This document shows, piece by piece, positions 7,040-15,066 of a stretch of DNA of 42,844 bases. The translations under genes and the position numbers were made by a program. The stretch's first letter is position 1, and the number at the start of each line of letters is the position of its first letter. Origin of the DNA: Candidatus Omnitrophota bacterium (lineage in GTDB: Bacteria > Omnitrophota > Gorgyraeia > Duberdicusellales > 4484-171); assembly GCA_003565945.1 (NCBI GenBank), contig PXAH01000096.1:1-42844 (forward strand), written 5' to 3'. Below the pieces are notes generated by a model. The model had not been told where the DNA came from, made no database searches, and saw nothing but the letters and a program-made list of their open reading frames with translations.

Positions 7040-8521
7040 ATGCTGGTTATGAAAATAAGAGACATTTTAAAAATAGCTGATAATCCAAAAATAGGCAATT
7101 TAGAAATAAAAGAAATTGCTGATGATTCACGCTCACTAACTGCCGGCAGTTTATTTTTTGTGATAAAAAGGCCGCGTTTTGATATATTTTCTGTTTTGAA
7201 AAAAACCGAAAAAAAAGTATCAGCTTATGTTGCCGACTTCAAGGATAAAAAGAAGGTGGAGGAAAGAATCAATAAAAAACCGGTTATTTATGTTAAAGGA
7301 GTGGACAATTATTTTCACCAGGCGGTCTGCCGTTTTTATAAGCCGGATAGAAAGCTTAAGGTGGTTGGGGTTACCGGAACAAACGGGAAGACTTCAACCG
7401 CTTATTTTTTGTATCAATTACTTAAGAAAGCCAAGAAGAAAACCGCTTTATTTGCTACAACCGGCTATTTTTTTAATTCATCGAAGCTAAAATCAAGCCA
7501 TACCACGGCTGATTTTCTCATCTTGCATAAATTAATTAAAAAAATAAGCCAAAAAGGAATAAAATATCTAGTCTTAGAGGTTTCTTCTCATGGGATAGAC
7601 CAAGGCAGAGTGAAAGGTATAAATTTTTCCAGCTGTGTCTTTACTAATCTCAGCAGAGACCATCTTGATTATCATAAAACGATGTCTTCCTACTTTGAGA
7701 CAAAAAAAAGTTTTTTTATGGGTAATCCCCGCGCTTATTCGATTATAAACAATGATTGCGCTTACGGGCGTAAAATACCGGTTCCTGCCTCTAAAAAAAT
7801 ATCTTACGGAATAAAAAACACTGCTGATTATCAAGCAAATAATATTAACTTTTTTGGTGATCGAACCAGGTTTGATTTAGCTTGCAAGGGCCGGAAGTTT
7901 TCTATTTCTGCTTCTTTTTTGGGCCGCCATAATATTTTAAATTTACTGGCTGCCATAGCTTCGGCTCGCAGCCTGGGCCTTCCTATGCCTCAGATACTGG
8001 ACTCAGTTCCTTTCCTGAAGAAGCCGGAAGGGCGGCTTGAAAAAGTGGACGATGTGTTTATAGATTATGCTCATACTCCTGAAAGCCTTGAACTTACTCT
8101 TTCTTCATTGAGAGATGCCGGTTACCAAAAAATAATTTCTCTTTTTGGCTGTGGTGGCAACAGGGATAAGGGCAAGCGAAAGATTATGGGAAAAATTTCT
8201 TCCCGGTTGGCTGATTTTACCGTTATTACTTCTGATAACCCCCGCGGAGAAGATCCTTTGGTTATTTGCAACCAAATCAAGGAGGGGGCCAGAAATGATA
8301 ATTTTTATCTTGTTTTAGATAGAAAAGAGGCAATTGAGGCAGGGATAAAATTGCTTAAAAAATTTAAAGCTTCCGGGCAAAAAACTTGTCTTTTGGTAGC
8401 GGGCAAAGGACATGAAGGCTTACAAATAATCAAAGATAAAAAAATCAAATTTAAGGATAAAGAAGTGGTGAAACAGTTTCTACGTTTGACGTTCAACGTT
8501 CGACGTTCAACCTTGATTTGA
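7040..8521 (+). CDS. murE: UDP-MurNAc-tripeptide synthetase (meso-DAP type)
   Basis: GVTGTNGKTS, EVSSHG, FTNLSRDHLDYH, DYAHTP, FGCGGNRD, DNPR (DAP-specificity motif), AGKGHE. Confidence 0.96.
   Translation: MLVMKIRDILKIADNPKIGNLEIKEIADDSRSLTAGSLFFVIKRPRFDIFSVLKKTEKKVSAYVADFKDKKKVEERINKKPVIYVKGVDNYFHQAVCRFYKPDRKLKVVGVTGTNGKTSTAYFLYQLLKKAKKKTALFATTGYFFNSSKLKSSHTTADFLILHKLIKKISQKGIKYLVLEVSSHGIDQGRVKGINFSSCVFTNLSRDHLDYHKTMSSYFETKKSFFMGNPRAYSIINNDCAYGRKIPVPASKKISYGIKNTADYQANNINFFGDRTRFDLACKGRKFSISASFLGRHNILNLLAAIASARSLGLPMPQILDSVPFLKKPEGRLEKVDDVFIDYAHTPESLELTLSSLRDAGYQKIISLFGCGGNRDKGKRKIMGKISSRLADFTVITSDNPRGEDPLVICNQIKEGARNDNFYLVLDRKEAIEAGIKLLKKFKASGQKTCLLVAGKGHEGLQIIKDKKIKFKDKEVVKQFLRLTFNVRRSTLI
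8481..8515. repeat. tandem heptamer (R)ACGTTY x5 at the murE 3' end
   Basis: tacgttt gacgttc aacgttc gacgttc aaccttg; same unit at 42324-42365. Confidence 0.75.
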
Positions 8522-8540
8522 TTGCGTTTGAGGTTTTGTG

Positions 8541-9893
8541 ATGAATATTAATAATTTTAAATATATTGAAAAAATAGTCAATCCTTACCAGATTTATAAT
8601 CTTTACTATTTCAGGCCGGTTAGAGGTTTCAGTTTAGATTCCCGCTCGATTAAAAAAGGCGAAGCTTTTATTGCGTTAGCCGGTAAACATAAAGACGGCC
8701 ATCATTACGCGGCAGAAGCGGCAAAAAAAGGAGCGTCCTTAATTATTGCTGAGAGGAAAACAGAAACTAATCCAAAAATTCCTCAGTTTATCGTTGAGGA
8801 TAGTTATCAGGCTTTAAAGGGATTGATTATTTTTGCCCGTAAAAAAATCAATAAAGCAAAAATTTTTGGAATAACCGGTTCTTTGGGAAAGACAACAACC
8901 AAAGAAATACTTGCTTTTAGTTTAGAGCCTTACGGAAGAGTTTTAAAAAGCAAGGGCACCGAAAATAATATTTTAGGTGTAGCTAAAACTATATTTTCTT
9001 ACCAAAATCATGATTTAGTTATTTTTGAATTAGGGGCCAATCATAAAGGAGAGCTTGCTGTCTTAGCCGATTTAACCAAGCCCGACATAGGTATTATTAC
9101 TTGCGTAAAGCCTGCTCATCTTGAAGGATTTGGCACTTTAGAGCAGGTTGGGCAGGAAAAGTTATCTCTTTTAAAAAACAGCCAAACAAAAGCGGTGTTA
9201 AACGCCAAAGACCCTTTTCTTTTTAAATCTGTTTTGCCCAATAGAGTTTATTGGTTTGGCCGGGGAAAAGCTAAAGGTAGGAAAAATAACCTTTATTGCT
9301 TTTTAGAAAAAAGAGAAAAAAATAAAGTTTACTTTAAGGTATTAGGTAAGTATAGCCTTATTTTACCCTCTTATTTAGAGCATTTTATTGATAATTATTT
9401 GGCGGCATTATTGGGGGGCCATCTTTTAGGCCTGCCTTATCAGGAACTGGTCAAACGCCTAAATTCTTTCAGGGGGTTTCCTTCTATGCGTATGGAGCAA
9501 AGCCGCATAGATAATTATTTAATTTTAAATGATGCTTACAACGCTAATCCTGACTCTTTTAAGGAAGCACTTAGGGTCTTAAAAAAATTTAAAATACCTA
9601 AGGTAGTTGTAGCGGCGGACATGCTTGAACTTGGTTCAAAATCAAATTATTACCACCGTCAACTTGCTTGCCAGCTTTTGGGAAGCGGGTGTCATTATTG
9701 CCTTACTTATGGCAGTCACACTCAGGCAGTTAACCGGCAGTTGAGAGCTTTGAGCTATAGAAATGCTTTTCATTTTTCATCACATCAAAAAATAGCTCAA
9801 TTTATTAAGAAAAAAATGAACAATAAAGAGTGTCTTATTTTGCTGAAAGGCTCTAGAGCAATGGAATTGGAAAAGGTTTTGAAATTTCTATAA
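8541..9893 (+). CDS. murF: UDP-MurNAc-tripeptide--D-Ala-D-Ala ligase
   Basis: DSRSI, DGH, GITGSLGKTTTKE, ELGANHKGE, HLEGFG, NDAYNANPDS, DMLELG, KGSRAMELE. Confidence 0.96.
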   Translation: MNINNFKYIEKIVNPYQIYNLYYFRPVRGFSLDSRSIKKGEAFIALAGKHKDGHHYAAEAAKKGASLIIAERKTETNPKIPQFIVEDSYQALKGLIIFARKKINKAKIFGITGSLGKTTTKEILAFSLEPYGRVLKSKGTENNILGVAKTIFSYQNHDLVIFELGANHKGELAVLADLTKPDIGIITCVKPAHLEGFGTLEQVGQEKLSLLKNSQTKAVLNAKDPFLFKSVLPNRVYWFGRGKAKGRKNNLYCFLEKREKNKVYFKVLGKYSLILPSYLEHFIDNYLAALLGGHLLGLPYQELVKRLNSFRGFPSMRMEQSRIDNYLILNDAYNANPDSFKEALRVLKKFKIPKVVVAADMLELGSKSNYYHRQLACQLLGSGCHYCLTYGSHTQAVNRQLRALSYRNAFHFSSHQKIAQFIKKKMNNKECLILLKGSRAMELEKVLKFL

Positions 9894-9931
9894 TATTTTT
9901 TTCTTTCTGGTACAATTGAAAGTAGAGAAAT

Positions 9932-9956
9932 TCCGCCCGGTTCTGGCGAAGGCGGA
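9932..9956. repeat. TCCGCC(TTCGCC)-family short palindrome
   Basis: tccgcc-cggttctggcgaa-ggcgga; its reverse complement begins tccgccttcgcca, identical to 12668-12680. Confidence 0.65.
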
Positions 9957-9961
9957 TAGCA

Positions 9962-10127
9962 TGAATCGGTAAACGTATATCGGTTGCGTAGCTCGAATCG
10001 TTGGAGGTTAATCGGTTGCGTTAAAATATTAATATCTGATGCTCAGCGAGTTACGGCAAATACCTTTAGTTACGCAACCATTCAACGATAGACGTTTCCA
10101 GTTACGCAACCCTTCAACGATTAACGA
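9962..10127. repeat. GGTTGCG-box bipartite element, copy B
   Basis: ggttgcgtagctcgaatcg (9982-10000), ggttgcg 10014, cgcaacc 10073, cgtttccagttacgcaacc (10093-10111). Confidence 0.85.
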
Positions 10128-10175
10128 GGCTTGTGTGCGTTCAGATAAGAAACAAAATTTAATCCGTTTTTACTT

Positions 10176-11258
10176 ATGATTTACCACCTGCTACATCCCT
10201 TATCAGACTATTTTTTTATTTTCAATATTACCAGATATATTACTTTTCGGGGAGGTTTTGCCCTGGTTACTTCTTTTTTGCTCATTTTTTTCCTTTGGCG
10301 GCCGGCTGTCCAAAGGCTGCATAAGCTTAAAATAACCGAACATATTAATATGTATGGCAATTTAGATTTAGAAGCCTTACATAGAAGCAAAAAAGGCACT
10401 CCTACTATGGGGGGGATTATTATTATTTTTTCTATTCTTATTTCGGTGCTTCTTTGGTCCCGCCTGGATAATCTTTTAGTTTGGGCAGTTTTATTTATTA
10501 TGCTTGGCCTGGCTGCCTTAGGTTTTGCTGATGATTTTTTAAAAATCAAAAAGGGGCATGGTTTACGCCGAAGCCAAAAATTATTTTGGCAAAGTTTAAT
10601 TGGGTTAATTTTTGCTGTGTTTATTTTTTTCAATAAAGATATAAGTCCTACTTGGAGCCTGCCTTTCTTTAAAGATTTAGCTGTTAACTTGGGTTATTTC
10701 TATATTTTTTGGGCAGTTCTTCTGGTGGTGGGATCTTCAAACGCGGTTAATTTTACTGATGGCCTTGACGGTTTAGCTATAGGTTGTCTGGTCATCAACG
10801 CGGCGGTTTTTGCTTTAATGGCTTATTTAGTAGGCCACATGCATTTTGCTGAATATTTATTTATTCCGCATGTACCTGGATCGGGAGAGTTGACAGTTTT
10901 AGCCTTAGCTTTGGTTGGGGCCGGATTAGGTTTTCTCTGGTACAACTCTTATCCGGCTGAGGTTTTTATGGGTGATGTGGGAGCCTTAGCTTTAGGAGGA
11001 GTTATCGGAGCGATTGCTTTGCTGATTAAAAAAGAATTTGTCCTTTTTGTTAGCGGAGGGTTATTTGTAATGGAGGCTTTAAGTGTAATTCTGCAGATGC
11101 TTTCTTTAAGATTACGAAAAAGAAGAATATTTAAAGCGGCCCCGCTGCATCACCATTTTCAACTTAAGAGTTGGCCGGAAACGAAAATAATAATTCGTTT
11201 TTGGATCATTACTATTGTCTTTGCCTGCTTAGCCTTGCTGACCCTTAAACTTCGCTAG
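10176..11258 (+). CDS. mraY: phospho-MurNAc-pentapeptide transferase
   Basis: KKGTPTMGG, ADDF, SNAVNFTDGLDGLA, YNSYPAEVFMGDVG, APLHHHFQ; multi-TM. Confidence 0.97.
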   Translation: MIYHLLHPLSDYFFIFNITRYITFRGGFALVTSFLLIFFLWRPAVQRLHKLKITEHINMYGNLDLEALHRSKKGTPTMGGIIIIFSILISVLLWSRLDNLLVWAVLFIMLGLAALGFADDFLKIKKGHGLRRSQKLFWQSLIGLIFAVFIFFNKDISPTWSLPFFKDLAVNLGYFYIFWAVLLVVGSSNAVNFTDGLDGLAIGCLVINAAVFALMAYLVGHMHFAEYLFIPHVPGSGELTVLALALVGAGLGFLWYNSYPAEVFMGDVGALALGGVIGAIALLIKKEFVLFVSGGLFVMEALSVILQMLSLRLRKRRIFKAAPLHHHFQLKSWPETKIIIRFWIITIVFACLALLTLKLR

Positions 11259-11260
11259 CT

Positions 11261-12508
11261 ATGAATCTAAAGAACGCAGATAAAATTTGTGTTGCCGGCT
11301 GGGGGAAAACAGGGGCCGCGCTTGTTAAATTATTACTGTCTTTAGGTAAGAAACCTAAAGTCACTGAAATAAAAAGCCGTGCTTATTTTTCTTCTTCCTT
11401 GATTGAGGCTTTCGAAAAGAAAGGGGTTGAATTTGAATTTGGAGGCCACTCAGAAGGTTTTGTATCAGCTTCAAACCTTATTCTGTTGAGTCCCGGCATA
11501 AATTTACTTAATTCTTCGTTAGGCAAGATTGCTTATGCCAGCGGCATCCCTTGCGTAGGGGAAATTGAATTTGCTTGGTATTTTTGCCAAGCAAAAATTA
11601 TCGCGATTACCGGGACAAACGGAAAAACAACGGTTGCTCACCTGACCTATCTTCTTTTAAAAAAGGCAAGGAAAAAAGTTTTTTTGGCGGGAAATATTGG
11701 CCGGCCTTTTTCGGATATTGTGCTTGATGCTAAAGCGGGAGATTTTATTGTTTTAGAGGTAAGCTCTTTCCAGCTAGAGTCTATCTTGAAGTTTAGGCCG
11801 CACATAGCTGTTTTGCTAAATATTTATCCCGACCACCTTAACCGACACAAAGATTTTGAAGGGTACGTCAAAGCAAAGATGAAAATTTTTCAAAACCAAA
11901 AAGAGAATGATTGGGCTTTAGTCGGGAAAAATAATGAATTATTTAGGGGGATTTCTTCAAAAATTCGTTCTCAGATTATTTATTTCGGGAGTGAATTTCC
12001 TGATGACAACCTATCTTGTGTTTATAGGATTGGAAGGCTTTTCAATATAAGCAAAACAGATTCATTTTTACTATTTTCGCAATATAAAAATCTTCCGCAT
12101 AGGCGCCAACAGATCAAAACTATCAATAAAGTAAAATTTATAAATGACTCAAAAGCAACCAATCCTTCTTCAACTTTTTTTGCCCTTGATTCAATTAAAG
12201 GTTCTGTTACTTTAATCGCCGGCGGCAGGGACAAAGGAGTTAGTTATTCTGGCTTGAGGCGTTATTGCCGAAAAATAAAAAAAATTAATCTTATCGGAGA
12301 GGCAGCCGATAAAATCAGAAAGGATTTAGAAGGTAAAATCAAGTGTCAGGATTTTAGTTCTTTAAGGGAGGCAGTAATATCTTCTTATCAGGAAGCTGCT
12401 GCCGGTGAAACCGTGCTTTTTTCTCCGATGTGCTCTAGTTTTGATATGTTTTCTGATTATCGGCAAAGAGGCCGGGAATTTATTGAGATTGTGAAAACAA
12501 TCTCGTAA
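11261..12508 (+). CDS. murD: UDP-MurNAc-L-Ala--D-Glu ligase
   Basis: SPGI, AITGTNGKTT, GNIG, EVSSFQL, DHLNRH, LPHR, NDSKATN, GGRDKG, FSPMCSSFDMF..Y..RG. Confidence 0.96.
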   Translation: MNLKNADKICVAGWGKTGAALVKLLLSLGKKPKVTEIKSRAYFSSSLIEAFEKKGVEFEFGGHSEGFVSASNLILLSPGINLLNSSLGKIAYASGIPCVGEIEFAWYFCQAKIIAITGTNGKTTVAHLTYLLLKKARKKVFLAGNIGRPFSDIVLDAKAGDFIVLEVSSFQLESILKFRPHIAVLLNIYPDHLNRHKDFEGYVKAKMKIFQNQKENDWALVGKNNELFRGISSKIRSQIIYFGSEFPDDNLSCVYRIGRLFNISKTDSFLLFSQYKNLPHRRQQIKTINKVKFINDSKATNPSSTFFALDSIKGSVTLIAGGRDKGVSYSGLRRYCRKIKKINLIGEAADKIRKDLEGKIKCQDFSSLREAVISSYQEAAAGETVLFSPMCSSFDMFSDYRQRGREFIEIVKTIS

Positions 12509-12550
12509 CCAGGACCTAGCCAAAAATGGAGATAGGGTATATACAGATTC

Positions 12551-12785
12551 CGTTGATCGCTGAAAGGTTACGTAGCTCGAATCGTTGAACGTCAATCGGT
12601 TGCGTTTTTTAATTTATACGTTCAACTTTCAACGATTGTCGATTTGAGTTATCCGCCTTAGCTAAAGTCCGCCTTCGCCAAGGTCCGGCTTCGGCGAGAT
12701 TTCTCCGAAGCTCGAAGAGCGAAGGAGAGCGCAACCGTTTACCGATAACCGTTTCCAGCTACGCAACCGATAGCCGATAGACGAT
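12551..12785. repeat. GGTTGCG-box bipartite element, copy C, carrying a 78-bp nested insertion
   Basis: ggttacgtagctcgaatcg (12566-12584), ggttgcg 12598, cgcaacc 12730, cgtttccagctacgcaacc (12750-12768); insertion 12652-12729. Confidence 0.85.
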
Positions 12786-13992
12786 GGCAAAATCAGTAGG
12801 ACGTTACAAAACTCGGACATTCATGTTTTTGGCGGCTTGGAATTTTTTAAAAGTTAAGGTTAAAGGGGGGGGCTTTTCAATATTTTCCTTTTTTTCGGCT
12901 CCCCCCAAGTCGTTAAATAGGGAAAGAAGGGTTTTGTTTTTTTTAATTTTCTGCTTAACTCTTTTTGGCTTACTTTTTGTTTATGAGTCATCCAGCCTTT
13001 ATTCTTTAAAATACCGGCAGGATGCCGCTTTCTTTTTTAAAAGACAGGTTTTCTTTTTCCTTTTGGGGCTTGCCGCCTTTGGGGGAGCCCTTTTTCTTGA
13101 TTTAAATTTTATCCGGCGGCATAGCAAAAAAGGCCTCTTATTTTTATTTCTTATTTTAGCCGCGGTTTTGTTTTTTGGTGAAATTATTGGAGGTGCCCGC
13201 AGGTGGGTTGGGCCGGGTTTATTACGTTTTCAGCCTTCTGAATTGGCAAAGATATTTTTCTTAGTATATTGTGCTGACTATTGCAGCCGGAAAGAAGTTA
13301 TTCTAAAGAACTTTCGCTACGGCCTGCTTCCTTTGCTTTTTATTTTATCTCTGGTTTGTTTTTTTCTTCTTCTTCAGCCTGATTTAGGAGGTGCGATCTT
13401 TTGGGTAGCTTGGCTTTTAATTTTTTCTTACTTATTTGGAGCTAAGCTTAAACATTTACTGGCAATTATTTTAGGGGGAGGGGTAAGTGTCGCGGCCTTG
13501 ATAGTACTTTATCCTTACAGGGTACGTAGAATAACAGCTTATCTTAATCCTTTTGCCGACCCCTTAGGAGCGGGCTTTCAGCTTGTTCAGTCTCAATTAG
13601 CTTACGGAAGGGGAGGGTTATTCGGAGTGGGTTTAGGCGAGGGAAGGCAAAAGCTTTTTTTTCTTCCGGCGGCGCACACAGATTTTATATTTTCGATTAT
13701 TGCCGAAGAATTAGGTTTTTTAGTAACTTTGGGGATTATATTTATATTTTTTCTTATTATTCATAAGATGCTCAAGATTGCTAAATTTTGTACTAACCAA
13801 TTCAGAAGAGGGCTGCTTTTGGGAATAGCCGTTATTTTTTTTCTGGAGGTATTTATAAATATAGGCGTTACCTGCGGCCTGCTTCCTACCAAGGGCATGC
13901 CCTTGCCGTTTATTAGTTACGGGGGAACCAGTTTAGTTGTACATTTTTTTCTTTTGGGGTTATTTTTTAACGCCTCAAAGGCATCTGAATGA
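12784..13992 (+). CDS. ftsW: cell division SEDS glycosyltransferase FtsW (start uncertain)
   Basis: GARRW, FQPSELAK, LQPDLG, PYR..RI, G.QL.QS, G.GLGEG.QK..FLPAAHTDFIFSIIAEELG, LPTKG..LPFISYGG. Confidence 0.95.
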   Translation: MAKSVGRYKTRTFMFLAAWNFLKVKVKGGGFSIFSFFSAPPKSLNRERRVLFFLIFCLTLFGLLFVYESSSLYSLKYRQDAAFFFKRQVFFFLLGLAAFGGALFLDLNFIRRHSKKGLLFLFLILAAVLFFGEIIGGARRWVGPGLLRFQPSELAKIFFLVYCADYCSRKEVILKNFRYGLLPLLFILSLVCFFLLLQPDLGGAIFWVAWLLIFSYLFGAKLKHLLAIILGGGVSVAALIVLYPYRVRRITAYLNPFADPLGAGFQLVQSQLAYGRGGLFGVGLGEGRQKLFFLPAAHTDFIFSIIAEELGFLVTLGIIFIFFLIIHKMLKIAKFCTNQFRRGLLLGIAVIFFLEVFINIGVTCGLLPTKGMPLPFISYGGTSLVVHFFLLGLFFNASKASE

Positions 13993-15059
13993 AAAAAAGA
14001 ATTTTGTTAGTTTCAGAAAGGAGCGGCGGCCATGTTTACCCGGCTTTGGCTGTAGGGGAAAAAATAGGAAGAAATATCCCCGGCAACGAAATTTTTTTCT
14101 TTACAAGTTCGAGCTTTTTTAAAAAACACATAAAAAGCAAAGGGTATCCGGTTTTTGGAACAGCCTTTAGTTTTAGAAATATATTTATTGAATTTTTTTG
14201 GCGTGCTTGGGAGGCTCTGTATATTCTTTTAAAAGTCCGGCCGGCATTGGTTATTGGCTTTGGAGGCAGAGATAGTTTTTGTTTGACTTTATTTAGTTGT
14301 TTGCTGGCAAAAAAAACTTTTATTTATGAACCCAATGTTAAAATGGGAAAATCAAACCGGGCTCTTTCCCGTTTTGTAAAGGTTATTTTTAGAGGTTTGC
14401 CTCCTTCAGAAAAAAGCAAAAAGGAAAAAATCGTGGGAGTTGTCTTAGAGGAAAAAATGCTGCTAAAGGTAAACAAAAATCAGGCTTTGCAGAATTTAGA
14501 TTTTAATAGAGACCCGGTAGTACTCTGCTTTGGGGGCAGCCAGGGGGCTAGTTTTATAAATAATAATTTTATGCGCTTCGCCGGCCGACACAATCAAAAA
14601 CCTTATCAAATTATTCATATTACCGGCCGCCAGGATTATAGCCGGGCTCTTGCTTTTTACAAAGATATAAAGAATAATAAAATTATTAAAGCTTTTTCCT
14701 GGCAGATGCCCCTTCTCTATAGCGCCGCTGATTTAGTTGTTTGCCGCAGTGGCGCTCTTACCTTGCCTGGCCTTTCTTTTTATAATTTGCCGGCCTTGTT
14801 AATTCCTCATCCGCAGGCTGGTGGGCATCAAGAGTCAAATGCGGCTCTCTTAGGCGAAAGGGAAGCCGCGCTGGTATTTAAGCAGGATGATTTTAATTTT
14901 ACACTTTTTGAGGATTGTTTAGAAAAAATGCTTTGGAATATTAGTTTTCGGAGTAAAATAAAAAATAATTTAGCAAAAATAAAATTGCACTCAGGTGGCT
15001 TCAACCAAAAAGAAGAATTTATGAAAGAGCTAGGTGTTAACGGAGCCAGCGGGAGCTAA
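13989..15059 (+). CDS. murG: undecaprenyl-PP-MurNAc-pentapeptide GlcNAc transferase
   Basis: SGGHVYPA, GFGG, EPN...G.SNR, GGSQGA, ADLVVCRSGALT, HQ..NA. Confidence 0.93.
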   Translation: MKKRILLVSERSGGHVYPALAVGEKIGRNIPGNEIFFFTSSSFFKKHIKSKGYPVFGTAFSFRNIFIEFFWRAWEALYILLKVRPALVIGFGGRDSFCLTLFSCLLAKKTFIYEPNVKMGKSNRALSRFVKVIFRGLPPSEKSKKEKIVGVVLEEKMLLKVNKNQALQNLDFNRDPVVLCFGGSQGASFINNNFMRFAGRHNQKPYQIIHITGRQDYSRALAFYKDIKNNKIIKAFSWQMPLLYSAADLVVCRSGALTLPGLSFYNLPALLIPHPQAGGHQESNAALLGEREAALVFKQDDFNFTLFEDCLEKMLWNISFRSKIKNNLAKIKLHSGGFNQKEEFMKELGVNGASGS

Positions 15060-15066
15060 AAAGAGC

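Noticed and set aside
9908-9916. Internal mraY promoter (TG-g-TACAAT)
   Set aside because: Extended -10 match only, no -35, in AT-rich DNA; insufficient support
6867-12785. CRISPR array interpretation of the recurring GGTTGCG repeats
   Set aside because: Copies are kilobases apart, inverted within each unit and separated by housekeeping genes; no repeat-spacer periodicity and no cas genes
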